Shown piece by piece: positions 47,574 through 57,270 of a stretch of DNA of 62,364 nucleotides (within the stretch, counting starts at the first letter, position 1; every line of letters starts with the position of its first letter). This DNA is from Candidatus Woesearchaeota archaeon (GTDB lineage: Archaea; Nanobdellota; Nanobdellia; Woesearchaeales; GW2011-AR4). A program made the translations under genes and the position numbers. The stretch is from positions 1 through 62,364 of the forward strand of contig JACPIE010000040.1 in the NCBI GenBank assembly GCA_016188245.1, given 5' to 3'. Below the pieces are notes generated by a model. The model was not told the origin of the DNA. It searched no databases and saw only the letters and a program-made list of their open reading frames with translations.

Positions 47574-47936
47574 ATGTTCTGCCTAGACACCTATGCGCTT
47601 GCTGAAATAGGAAACGGAAATCCAAAATTTGCGGAATTTCTAAATAAGGAATTTGTTATAGCAGATTTAACAATAGCAGAATACTATTCTGTTTTGTATA
47701 GGGATGGCAAAGAAGACAAAGCAGTTTACTGGCTCAGCAGATTGGCGTCTTTTTGCAAGCCCGTTAGCAGGGAAATTTTAATCAAGGCATTAAAATATAG
47801 AATAGACAATAAAAAGGAAAATTTATCAATATTTGACTGTATTGGTTATCTTTACGCTTTAGAAAATAATCTGAAGTTCGTGACTGGTGATAAGGAGTTT
47901 AAAAACAAAGAAGGGGTGGTATTCATTCAAAAATAA
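47574..47936 (+). CDS. PIN-domain (VapC) toxin
   Basis: LDTYALAE...LSIFDCIGY...VTGDKEF. Confidence 0.9.
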   Translation: MFCLDTYALAEIGNGNPKFAEFLNKEFVIADLTIAEYYSVLYRDGKEDKAVYWLSRLASFCKPVSREILIKALKYRIDNKKENLSIFDCIGYLYALENNLKFVTGDKEFKNKEGVVFIQK

Positions 47937-47939
47937 TTT

Positions 47940-49178
47940 CTAAAACAAAAACTCCTGCCTTGCAACAATCGTCTGGTCTCTTTTTGGACCGACTGAAATG
48001 ATGGATATTGGAACTTTCAGCAGCTCCTCTATTCTTCTCAGGTATTTTTTGGCGTTGTTCGGCAGCTGCTCATAGGATTTAATTTTTGTGATGTCATCCC
48101 ACCATCCGTCAAGCTCCTCGTAAACAGGCTGGCAGTTCTGCAGTATTTTCATGTTGGTCGTGAAATTCTTTATGATGCTTCCCTTGTATCTGTAGGCAAC
48201 GCAAATTCTTAATTTTTCAACTGCTGTCAAAACATCAAGCTTAGTCAATGCAATTGAATCTGCACCGTTGACCATGGCGGCATACCTCCCTATCAAAGTG
48301 TCAAACCAGCCGACTCTCCTCTGCCTGCCTGTTGTCGCCCCAAATTCCTTCCCTACTTTTTGCAGCTTTTCCGCGGTGTTTCCGGTTATCTCTGTTGGGA
48401 ATGGCCCCATGCCGACTCTTGTCTTGTATGCCTTGCACACTCCCAAAACGCTTTGCACTTTTTTTGGCGGTATTCCGAGGCCCGTGCATGCCCCTCCTGC
48501 AGTGGCTGTGGAAGATGTGACATAAGGGTATGTGCCAAAGTCCAAATCAAGCAATGTCCCTTGGGCGCCTTCAAAAAGGATTCTTTGATTTTTGCTTAAA
48601 GCGCCATTCATGATGGTTGCAGTGTCGCTAACATACGGCATTATGGCATCTGCATATTCCTTGTATTCCTGGTAAAATTCCTCGTTTCCGAATCTTTTCC
48701 TGAACAGGGAGTCATCAACAAATTCGTATATTTTTAATCCAATTCTGGCAGCCTTGTCTGTGTAAGCGGGGCCTATTCCCCTCGCCGTTGTTCCTATTTT
48801 GCCGCCTGCTTTTTTATCCTCCTCAATATGGTGGGGCAGAATCACATGCGCATTTTCACTAACAGCAAGATTTTCAGGAGTAATCTTTATCCTGTTTTTT
48901 TCTAGATTCTTTATTTCGCCAAGCAAAACTTTTGGGTCAACAACCAGCCCGTTTCCAATCACGCCCAGTTTGCCTTTATGCATGACGCTGGACGGCACAA
49001 GATGCACAACAATTTTGCTGTTCCCTACCTCGATGGTATGGCCTGCATTATTGCCGCCGTTGAATCTTGCAACAACATCCGCTTTTTCAGCCAAGAAATC
49101 GATGATTTTGCCTTTGCCTTCGTCGCCCCATTCCATGCCGATTACTGCAATGTTTGAAGGGCCGTATTGCTTTGCCAT
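47940..49178 (-). CDS. purA: Adenylosuccinate synthetase
   Basis: WGDEGKGK, GGNNAGHT, EGAQG, YPYVTSS, GATTGR, TKLDVL. Confidence 0.98.
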   Translation of the reverse strand: MAKQYGPSNIAVIGMEWGDEGKGKIIDFLAEKADVVARFNGGNNAGHTIEVGNSKIVVHLVPSSVMHKGKLGVIGNGLVVDPKVLLGEIKNLEKNRIKITPENLAVSENAHVILPHHIEEDKKAGGKIGTTARGIGPAYTDKAARIGLKIYEFVDDSLFRKRFGNEEFYQEYKEYADAIMPYVSDTATIMNGALSKNQRILFEGAQGTLLDLDFGTYPYVTSSTATAGGACTGLGIPPKKVQSVLGVCKAYKTRVGMGPFPTEITGNTAEKLQKVGKEFGATTGRQRRVGWFDTLIGRYAAMVNGADSIALTKLDVLTAVEKLRICVAYRYKGSIIKNFTTNMKILQNCQPVYEELDGWWDDITKIKSYEQLPNNAKKYLRRIEELLKVPISIISVGPKRDQTIVARQEFLF

Positions 49179-49311
49179 ACTTGAGTGGCAAAAAGTGATT
49201 TTATATAAAGTTTTTGATTGGCAATCCCAATATCATTTCCATATAGAAAAGAACTGGATTATAGTCTCTGCTGGTAGTAAAATTTAAATAAAGAAGCGTT
49301 TTATCTATGAT

Positions 49312-50325
49312 ATGGCGCAGCCAAAATACAGGATTGCAACAATCGGTTCTCATTCTGCATTGCAAATATTCAAAGGAGCGCATGACGAAGGATTTAAGAC
49401 AATTGCCGTCTGCAAAAAAGGCTCTGAAAGCCCGTACAGGATGTTCAATGCAGCCGATGAGATAATCACCGTTGATTCTTACAGGGACTTTCCAAAGATA
49501 CAGGAAAAGCTGGTTAAAAGCAATGCAATCGTGATACCGCACGGCTCTTTTGTGACTTACATGGGCTACGAGGAAGTCGAAAAGCTGAAAGTCCTTTATT
49601 TTGGCAACAAAAAAATACTGAAATGGGAAAGCGACAGGCATCTTGAAAGGCAGTGGCTGAAAAATGCAGGCTTCAAGGTTCCCTTGCTTTTTAACAGGCC
49701 GAAAGACATTGACAGGCTTGTTATTGTAAAGTTCATGGGCGCAGAAGGCGGCAGGGGCTATTTTTTGGCGAAGGATGAAAAGGACTTCAACAAAAAGATA
49801 AAGCCGTACAGGCTGAAAAAATATGTAATCCAGGAATATATTATCGGAGTTCCGCTGTTTATACATTATTTCTATTCCTCTTTGACAAATGAAATTGAAA
49901 TAATGGGGTGTGATATCAGGTACGAGAGTAATGTTGACTCGCTTGGCAGGATTTCGGCAAGGGACCAGATAGTTCTGCCAAAAATAGACCCGAGCTATGT
50001 CATTGTCGGCAACATACCCGTAGTTGTCAGGGAATCATTTTTGCCAAGGCTGATCAAAATGGGCCAAGATGTCGTAGAGACATCAAAAAAACTTGCCCCG
50101 CCGGGATTATTTGGCCCGTTCTGCCTTGAAACAATTTTGACTCCCGAAGAGGAGATTTTTGTCTTTGAGATTTCGGCAAGGATAGTTGCAGGCACCAATC
50201 CATTCATTGAAGGCAGCCCTTACACATGGCTGAAGTACAATATTCCAATGTCGACAGGAAGAAGGATTGCAATGGAAATAAAGAATGCCATTAAGACAAA
50301 TCAAATGAAGAAGATTTTGGGGTAA
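49312..50325 (+). CDS. purP: FAICAR synthetase PurP
   Basis: SHSALQI, PHGSF, RYES, VVGN, FEISARIVAGTN. Confidence 0.93.
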   Translation: MAQPKYRIATIGSHSALQIFKGAHDEGFKTIAVCKKGSESPYRMFNAADEIITVDSYRDFPKIQEKLVKSNAIVIPHGSFVTYMGYEEVEKLKVLYFGNKKILKWESDRHLERQWLKNAGFKVPLLFNRPKDIDRLVIVKFMGAEGGRGYFLAKDEKDFNKKIKPYRLKKYVIQEYIIGVPLFIHYFYSSLTNEIEIMGCDIRYESNVDSLGRISARDQIVLPKIDPSYVIVGNIPVVVRESFLPRLIKMGQDVVETSKKLAPPGLFGPFCLETILTPEEEIFVFEISARIVAGTNPFIEGSPYTWLKYNIPMSTGRRIAMEIKNAIKTNQMKKILG

Positions 50326-50327
50326 AG

Positions 50328-50627
50328 ATGATTTTTAAAGAAGAATTAGATCAATATGATGAAAATTCTATATTTATTTGTTTTTATTGTAAAGGGAATA
50401 TCAATAAGTACAGTATATTTAAAAAAAATAATCTAAAATGGGCAAAGAATGATGTTGCGATTTGTGGTTTCTGTAATCAATATATTGAACCCTTTAAATC
50501 AATTTCAGATTGTATCAATGAATGCAAAATGAGGTTGCGGCATCTAAAGAAAAAAGAAAGATTCAAAGAAGACATAATTAATATTAAAAAAATAGTCAAT
50601 ACACTCCAGAAAAAACAAAAGAAATAA
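50328..50627 (+). CDS. AT-rich hypothetical protein with two CxxC motifs
   Basis: CFYC...CGFC. Confidence 0.55.
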   Translation: MIFKEELDQYDENSIFICFYCKGNINKYSIFKKNNLKWAKNDVAICGFCNQYIEPFKSISDCINECKMRLRHLKKKERFKEDIINIKKIVNTLQKKQKK

Positions 50628-50725
50628 GAAAGTCACTCAAGCATATAGAGACTGCCTTCCCAGACAATACGTAAATTAGCTTGATGATATATAAATGTTT
50701 CGGTTTTAAAAAAGAGGTGTGCAAA

Positions 50726-50828
50726 GCCACCGTCGCTCAAGCAGGTAGAGCGTCTGCCTCAAGAGCAGATGTCTTCCCAGGCATCCGGGTTCAAAATCTG
50801 AACTTGGAGGAAAGTCCCGGCGGTGGCG
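50726..50828 (+). tRNA. tRNA with CAA anticodon, long V-arm, G73 and a 59/60 intron (50796-50814); identity Leu or Ser uncertain
   Basis: GCCACCG/CGGTGGC-G acceptor, TCTGC-CTCAAGA-GCAGA, TGTCT/AGGCA V-stem, CCGGG/CCCGG T-stem. Confidence 0.85.
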
Positions 50829-50901
50829 CTCAAAACCTTAAAGTTTAAATTAATTGCAGTTGATAACTTTAAATATCAATTGATATCATACAATATCAAA
50901 A

Positions 50902-52029
50902 ATGATAACCCGCAACCAAATCTCAAAAATACTGGAAACTTATGACAAAAACAGCATAACCATAGGCGTGCTTGGCGGGCATTCTGCACTGGATGTATGC
51001 AGGGGCGCCCATTCGCATGGTTTCAAAACTCTTGTTGTGGCGCAGAAAGGAAGGGAAAAAACTTACACAAAATACTACAGGCGGAGGGAAGGAATCGGAT
51101 TTATTGATGACGTGATTGTTGTAAACAAATTTTCGGAAATAACTAAAAAAGGCATTCAGGAAGAGTTAAGAAGAAGAAATACAATTTTTGTCCATAACAG
51201 GTATTTCTGGGTTTACTGCAGTTACAAAGAGATTGAAAACAAGTTTTTGGTCCCGATTTACGGCACAAGGGACATGGTCAGGCTTGAAGAGCGCGATGTT
51301 AAAAACAACCAGTATTTTCTGCTGGAAAAGGCAGGAATAAGGACTCCAAAAACATTCAAAGACCCAAAGAAGATAGACAGGCTGGTTATTGTAAAAGTTG
51401 CAGAAGCAAAAAGAGGCTACGAAAGGGCTTTCTTTTTATGCTCGAGCTACAAAGATTTTGTTGAAAAGTCCAATGAAATGCTAAAAAATAAAACAATTAA
51501 AAAAGAAGGCTTGAAAAAAGCAGTCATTGAAGAGTATGCCATAGGCGCGCATGTCAACTTCAACTTTTTCTACAGCCCGCTGAATGATGAGCTGGAGCTG
51601 ATGGGAACAGACACAAGGAGGCAGACAAACCTTGACGGCATTTTAAGGCTGCCTGCAACTGAACAGGTTGAAGTCCTGAAGCACATAAAGCCAAAATTGA
51701 TCGAAACCGGGCATTATGCTGTAACAATAAAAGAGTCATTGCTTGAGAAAGCTTTCGAGCTTGGGGAAAAATTTGTTGCAGCAGCAAAAAGATTCCATCC
51801 AACCGGCATAATCGGGCCTTTTGCTTTACAAGGTTCTGTTGTCGCCGATGAAGGCAAGGAAGACATCGTGATTTTTGATGTCAGCATGCGGATTCCAGGC
51901 TCTCCCGGCACCTTGTTCACGCCGTATTCCGGCTACCTTTACGGCTATTCAATAAGCTACGGCGAAAGGATAGGGTTGGAGATAAAAAAAGCTATTGAAA
52001 GCGGAAAGCTTGACTTGATTTGCACATAA
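50902..52029 (+). CDS. PurP paralogue (PurP-like ATP-grasp, possibly FGAR synthesis)
   Basis: GGHSALDV, GYERAFF, DTRRQTNLDG, GPFALQG, RIPGSPG. Confidence 0.88.
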   Translation: MITRNQISKILETYDKNSITIGVLGGHSALDVCRGAHSHGFKTLVVAQKGREKTYTKYYRRREGIGFIDDVIVVNKFSEITKKGIQEELRRRNTIFVHNRYFWVYCSYKEIENKFLVPIYGTRDMVRLEERDVKNNQYFLLEKAGIRTPKTFKDPKKIDRLVIVKVAEAKRGYERAFFLCSSYKDFVEKSNEMLKNKTIKKEGLKKAVIEEYAIGAHVNFNFFYSPLNDELELMGTDTRRQTNLDGILRLPATEQVEVLKHIKPKLIETGHYAVTIKESLLEKAFELGEKFVAAAKRFHPTGIIGPFALQGSVVADEGKEDIVIFDVSMRIPGSPGTLFTPYSGYLYGYSISYGERIGLEIKKAIESGKLDLICT

Positions 52030-52034
52030 CTAAA

Positions 52035-52874
52035 ATGAGGGGCATAATAATACAGGTAGTTGTAGCATTATTGTTGATCAGCATTGCATTAGCTGCAGAT
52101 GTGTCGCAGCCGGTAACAGGGGTTCTTCCGCCCGACTTATCTAATTTTCCGGATATGTTTGTAAAAGATGGAAATTTTAATGCAGTTATAGTAGTCGGAG
52201 ACAAAGCTCCGGCAAGCGATGTTATAGCCCAAAGCAATCTTGTCCAATTTTTTGGAGGATATCTTGGAAAATCACTTATTGGCGACACAAAATTATCGAG
52301 CGAAATAGGCAGCTTAAACCAGAATATAATATCAATAGGCAGCCCGTGTCACAATCCTACATCAGCAGAAATAATGGGAAATCCCAATAAATGCGATAAT
52401 TGGCTGGAACCCGGCAAAGCTATCGTGATTATGTATGGTTATAGAGATTATGCGCATATGGTGATCGAAGGTTATACTGACAAAGGCACAAGAGACGCTG
52501 TAGAATACCTGGTAAAACAAAAAAAAGGAAGTTTAAGTAGCAGCAGCATATTGATAGACGTTGAAGAGACAAAACCTGAAATTAATGAATCCGGCATGAA
52601 AGAAAAAATTGAGGGAAAAAATGAAGAAAACATAACTGCCGATATTGAGATTGAAAAAGAAAAATTAATTTTTCAATTGAATGAAAAAATTGCAAGCAAA
52701 TCGGCAGATTCAAGCAAAAAAATAATTCCTGAAATTAAACCTTCAATTAACAAAACAAAAGAAAAAGAGGCTAGTGGGCAAAAACAAGAAATTAAAGCGG
52801 AGCAACAAGAGCAGAAAAAAGAAACAAGCGCAATAAAAAGAATGATTAATTGGTTTGTTTCATTGTTTAAATAA
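52035..52874 (+). CDS. Secreted S-layer-like domain protein
   Basis: Signal peptide; VVGDKAPASDV and IISIGSPCHNP segments; K/E-rich tail. Confidence 0.65.
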   Translation: MRGIIIQVVVALLLISIALAADVSQPVTGVLPPDLSNFPDMFVKDGNFNAVIVVGDKAPASDVIAQSNLVQFFGGYLGKSLIGDTKLSSEIGSLNQNIISIGSPCHNPTSAEIMGNPNKCDNWLEPGKAIVIMYGYRDYAHMVIEGYTDKGTRDAVEYLVKQKKGSLSSSSILIDVEETKPEINESGMKEKIEGKNEENITADIEIEKEKLIFQLNEKIASKSADSSKKIIPEIKPSINKTKEKEASGQKQEIKAEQQEQKKETSAIKRMINWFVSLFK

Positions 52875-52875
52875 A

Positions 52876-54414
52876 ATGATACTGATACTAAATTTCGGCG
52901 CACAGTATGCACACCTTATCGCAAGAAGAATCCGCGAGCTTGGAGTTTATTCTGAGATACTGCCATGCGATGTTTCGCTAAAAGAGATTGGAAGGCTGAA
53001 GCCTGGCGGAATCATACTTTCCGGGGGGCCTTCAAGCGTTTACGAGCACAACGCCCCAATAATGGACAGGAAGATTCTCGGGCTGGGGATTCCGGTTCTT
53101 GGAATTTGCTATGGGCTGCAGCTGATCGCAAAATTTGCAGGCGGAACTGTGCTTGCAGGCAAGTCAAAGGAGTTTGGCAAAAAAGAGATTAATGTCAAAA
53201 ATAACGGCAAATTGCTCAGGGGCTTGTCAAAAAAAGAGCAAGTGTGGATGAGTCATGGCGATTTGGTGGCTGAGCTTCCAAAGGATTTTGAAGTGCTTGC
53301 ATCTACAGACACATGCAGGATAGCAGCTTTTGAGAATAATGATAAAAGGCTGTACGGCATCCAGTTTCATGCAGAAGTTGCGCACACTCCCAAGGGAAAT
53401 AAAATTTTAAAAAATTTTGTTTTTGGAGTCTGCAAATCAAAAAAAGAATGGGGCACCGGCAGCATTTTAAAAAGATTAATCCGGGAAATCAAGAAGGAAG
53501 TCGGGAAAAATTCGGTAATTATGGGCGTTTCAGGGGGCGTTGACAGCACTGTTGCAGCCACACTGCTACACAAGGCAATCGGCAGCAGGCTTCACTGTGT
53601 TTTTATTGATCATGGGATGATAAGGAAAAATGAAGCTGGGGAAGTGGTGAATTTTTTCGAGAACAGGCTGAAATTCAGGCATTTTTACTTTGTCGACGCT
53701 TCGCAAATATTTTTGGAGAGGCTGAAAGGGATAACAGACCCTGAAGAAAAAAGAAGAGCCATAGGCCATACTTTTATCGAAGTGTTTGAAAGCAAGGTAA
53801 TTGAGCTGGATAAGATGCATAAGAAGATAAAATTTCTGGGCCAGGGCACTATCTATCCGGACAGGATTGAAAGCGCGCAGCCTACAAAATACGCCTCTAA
53901 AATCAAGAGCCACCATAACCTGGCTTTGCCGGAAAAAATGAAGCTTAAGGTAGTAGAGCCGCTTAAAGAGCTCTACAAGGATGAAGTCAGGAAAATTGGC
54001 AATGAACTGAAGATTCCGCATGACATCATAAGCAGGCATCCGTTTCCCGGGCCTGGGCTGGCAATAAGGGTACTGGGCGAAGTGACGGCAGAAAGATTAA
54101 GAATTTTGAGAGAAGCAGATTACATCTTCATTGATGAGCTGAAAAAATCAGGGCATTATGGCAAAGTATGGCAGGCATTTGCCGCATTGCTGCCTGTAAA
54201 ATCAGTGGGGGTAATGGGTGATGCAAGGACGTATGAATATGTTGTAAGCCTGCGCGCAGTCACAAGCATTGATGCAATGACGGCAGACTGGGCAAAGCTG
54301 CCGAATGAGTTGCTGGAGAGGATCTCAAACATCATCATTAATGAAGTCAGGGGGGTTAACCGCGTTTTGTACGACATCACGCAAAAGCCACCAGGAACTA
54401 TTGAGTATGAGTAA
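52876..54414 (+). CDS. guaA: GMP synthase (fused GATase and synthetase)
   Basis: LGICYG, MSHGD, SGGVDS, IKSHHN, HPFPGPGL, KPPGTIEYE. Confidence 0.98.
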   Translation: MILILNFGAQYAHLIARRIRELGVYSEILPCDVSLKEIGRLKPGGIILSGGPSSVYEHNAPIMDRKILGLGIPVLGICYGLQLIAKFAGGTVLAGKSKEFGKKEINVKNNGKLLRGLSKKEQVWMSHGDLVAELPKDFEVLASTDTCRIAAFENNDKRLYGIQFHAEVAHTPKGNKILKNFVFGVCKSKKEWGTGSILKRLIREIKKEVGKNSVIMGVSGGVDSTVAATLLHKAIGSRLHCVFIDHGMIRKNEAGEVVNFFENRLKFRHFYFVDASQIFLERLKGITDPEEKRRAIGHTFIEVFESKVIELDKMHKKIKFLGQGTIYPDRIESAQPTKYASKIKSHHNLALPEKMKLKVVEPLKELYKDEVRKIGNELKIPHDIISRHPFPGPGLAIRVLGEVTAERLRILREADYIFIDELKKSGHYGKVWQAFAALLPVKSVGVMGDARTYEYVVSLRAVTSIDAMTADWAKLPNELLERISNIIINEVRGVNRVLYDITQKPPGTIEYE

Positions 54415-54451
54415 AGCATAGTATTTTATAGTGGTAAAGAATACTAGAAAG

Positions 54452-54607
54452 ATGAATAAATCCAAGCCAAAATTGTATAAGATAATAGGCATGTGCAGAA
54501 CGTGCAAAGAGAGATTCATTGTGGATATGGGGCAGAGGTATGCTTCCAGAAACTACTGTAAAAGCTGCACTGCCAAATTTAACAAAGGAGGGATGAGAAA
54601 TGGTTGA
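54452..54607 (+). CDS. CxxC-x17-CxxC small protein (51 aa, not in ORF track)
   Basis: CRTC-17 residues-CKSC; overlaps the csp start. Confidence 0.75.
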   Translation: MNKSKPKLYKIIGMCRTCKERFIVDMGQRYASRNYCKSCTAKFNKGGMRNG

Positions 54608-54821
54608 AGGAACTGTAAAATTTTTTAATAGCATGAAGCATTTCGGATTTATAGCCGGAGATGACGGCAAGGAATATTTTGTCCACGCAAGCGGGCTAAA
54701 AGAGGGAGTATCAATCAAAGAAGGCGACAAAGTCTCATTCGATGTAGTCCAGGGCGACCGGGGCCCAAAGGCTGAAGGAGTGGAAAAGATTGACTCAGAG
54801 GAAATGAAGAAGGCGGCATAA
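54600..54821 (+). CDS. Cold shock protein
   Basis: GTVKFFN, HFGFI, YFVHAS. Confidence 0.96.
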   Translation: MVEGTVKFFNSMKHFGFIAGDDGKEYFVHASGLKEGVSIKEGDKVSFDVVQGDRGPKAEGVEKIDSEEMKKAA

Positions 54822-55157
54822 TCATTTTATTTTTTTATATATTCTGAATGCGTTTAATAAAAAGTTTGTTTGATAAAACTGCCCTAAGTTTGATTTGCAT
54901 AAATCTTATTCTGATTTGGCTTGAAAATTAGGTGCTAAATACTTCGCCATCCCTCTTGGAAATGTTGCCCTTAATCTATCCAGCCTTTCATTAATCAAAT
55001 TTAATGTTTTGGAGATAGCTGCGTCTATTCCCCTTAAATTACTTTCTATTGCGCCGGGGGCGGCAGTAAATTTGCATCAAGCTTGTTCCTTGCCCGAGCA
55101 TAGACTCCTAACACAAACGTATGGAAATCAATTATTGGTTTGTTAATTTAAGAAAGT

Positions 55158-56696
55158 TCAACAGGCATAAGTCCTTTCTTTAATTCCTTTCTTAAAATTG
55201 TCCCATGCTTTCAGGTATAATTTTTTTCCGTAATGTGTCGGGTATTCTCCTGTGATGCATGCCATGCACAGGTCCTTTGCTGGCTTGCCTATGCTTTTCA
55301 CCAGCCCGGCAATTGACTGGTACTTCAGGGAATCAGCTCCCAGGTCTTTTGCAATCTTCCCAATTATTTTATTGTCAACTTCGCCTTTTTTTGGCTCCAT
55401 TTCATATTTTGGCACAAGCAGCTCTGACACAGTCGACATGTCAATGCCGTAAAAGCAAGGGCCCCTTATTGGCGGACAGGAAATCCTGACGTGCACTTCT
55501 TTTGCCCCTCCGACTTTCTTGATATAGTTGATAAGCTGCTTTGTCGTTGAGCCGCGGACTATGCTGTCGTCAACAAGTATCACTTTTTTGCCTTCCATTA
55601 TCTCCTTTAATGCAGTGTACTTGTTCTGAACCCTGTCTTCTCTTGAAGATCCCTCTATGAAAGTTCTGCCGACAAACCTGTTCCTTATCAGCCCTTCCGC
55701 CGAAGGCACTTTAAGCTCATAAGCCATGGCATCGCCTGCTGCTTTTGCGGTGTCTGGAACAGGCACCAGCACATGTTCAGCGTCCATTGTCTCTGTTTCA
55801 TTTCTTGCCAGCTCCTTGCCCAGATTGGTCCTGGTTATGTACACTGATTTGTTGTCCAAAACAGAGCTCACATTTGCAAAATAAACCCACTCAAACATGC
55901 AGTGGGATTTCTTCGGGCTTTCGGCATATTTCTTTACTTCAACATGCCCGTTTTTTACGTATATGAGGTGGCCTGGCGCCAGGTGCTTATAATCAGTTAC
56001 TCCGCAGTTAATCAGCGCATTTGATTCAGAAGCAACAAGGAACATGTCATCCTTCCACCCGTAAACAATTGGCCTGAACCCATAAGGGTCCCGAAGAACA
56101 ACCATCTCGCCAAACGCATTTATGAAGGCAATGTTGAAGCAGCCGTCAAGCTTTTGCGCCAGCCTTGAAAATACCTTTACAAGATTGGGCTTTGTCGAGC
56201 TTCTTAGCTCCCTTGACAGGTAATGCATCAGTATTTCTGTGTCCGTGTTGTAGATGATGTGGTAATCCGCCTTGTCCATCAAATGCTGCTTGAGCTCCTG
56301 GAAATTGGCAAGATTGCCGTTCCAGCAAAAAGAGAACCATTTCCATTTTCTTCCGTGATGGCGCTCAAACGGCTGCGCAAGGCTCCTTTCCTCGCTTCCA
56401 GATGTAGCATACCTCACATGCCCGATGCCCTTGTTGCCGGCATATCTCTTGAATATCTCGATGCTCTGCTGCCTATCGCTTGTCTTGAAAACCTCGTTGA
56501 CAGGGCCAAGCTCTTTGTAAGTGTCCAGGATCTGCATCCTTTCCGGATTGTATGTTGTGACTCCTGCGCTCAGTTGTCCACGATTTTGCTGGTTGAGAAG
56601 AAGCTTGTAGAGATAGAACAGCGCTCTGTTAGCTGAGTCGCCGTTTTCCTTGATGTAAACGGCAGCTATAGCACAGTTATGCATTGCTTCTGCCAT
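55158..56696 (-). CDS. purF: Amidophosphoribosyltransferase
   Basis: Short propeptide then Cys, HVRYATSG, CMFEWVYF, VDDSIVRG, PCFYGID, CMAC. Confidence 0.96.
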   Translation of the reverse strand: MAEAMHNCAIAAVYIKENGDSANRALFYLYKLLLNQQNRGQLSAGVTTYNPERMQILDTYKELGPVNEVFKTSDRQQSIEIFKRYAGNKGIGHVRYATSGSEERSLAQPFERHHGRKWKWFSFCWNGNLANFQELKQHLMDKADYHIIYNTDTEILMHYLSRELRSSTKPNLVKVFSRLAQKLDGCFNIAFINAFGEMVVLRDPYGFRPIVYGWKDDMFLVASESNALINCGVTDYKHLAPGHLIYVKNGHVEVKKYAESPKKSHCMFEWVYFANVSSVLDNKSVYITRTNLGKELARNETETMDAEHVLVPVPDTAKAAGDAMAYELKVPSAEGLIRNRFVGRTFIEGSSREDRVQNKYTALKEIMEGKKVILVDDSIVRGSTTKQLINYIKKVGGAKEVHVRISCPPIRGPCFYGIDMSTVSELLVPKYEMEPKKGEVDNKIIGKIAKDLGADSLKYQSIAGLVKSIGKPAKDLCMACITGEYPTHYGKKLYLKAWDNFKKGIKERTYAC

Positions 56697-56882
56697 TGAG
56701 TTGAGCGGGCGAGAGACAAGTCTCGCATTTGCACCCCTGGTTTTGGATTGGCGCTGATTTTATATAAATGTTTCGGATTTTTAAACAAAAAATTTATAAT
56801 TTATATAAAAAAATTACTTTCAGTATAGAACGTAAAATAATTAATCGTAACTTAAAAAATAGCGCCAAAAGAATTACAAGAA

Positions 56883-56999
56883 TTACTTATACCTTAGGTC
56901 ATCTCTAAAATCCAGCACATCTAACTGCTCAAAGAAGCTGGTTTCATCATTGTCATCAATCTTTTGCCCTATGCTCCTGATTTTTATTGATGTTGTCAT
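56883..56999 (-). CDS. 38-aa acidic peptide, DDLRYK family copy 1 (not in ORF track)
   Basis: MTTSIKIRSIGQKIDDNDETSFFEQLDVLDFRDDLRYK; similar to 59502-59612. Confidence 0.65.
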   Translation of the reverse strand: MTTSIKIRSIGQKIDDNDETSFFEQLDVLDFRDDLRYK

Positions 57000-57270
57000 T
57001 TTGCGCCTTTTGCATATTCAGTTCTATGCTTCACCTTTTTTGCCACTTCATAGAACGCCCTATTTAACCTGGCAAAGGCAACTGTTTTTATATAATTTAT
57101 GCTTAAATTTTATAAACGATATAAAATTTATATAAAAAAGAAATATTTATATATTAGTTTAAATTCTCATTAGCTTATTGCAAAGACTAAAGGGGCTATA
57201 TAATTTGCCTTAAAGATATCACCAATGCTTAAGGCAAGTTATAAAATTTATAATATTAGGGGGTGCATTC

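Noticed and set aside
50753-50769. Reading the tRNA as a TCA (Sec/opal) anticodon
   Set aside because: The 7-nt loop CTCAAGA places CAA at 34-36; the fold is ordinary 7/5
54917-55100. Possible minus-strand gene remnant between csp and purF
   Set aside because: Open stretch lacks an in-frame start and any recognisable motif
56883-56900. DDLRYK as a proteasome-activating HbYX tail
   Set aside because: The residue before Tyr is Arg, not hydrophobic
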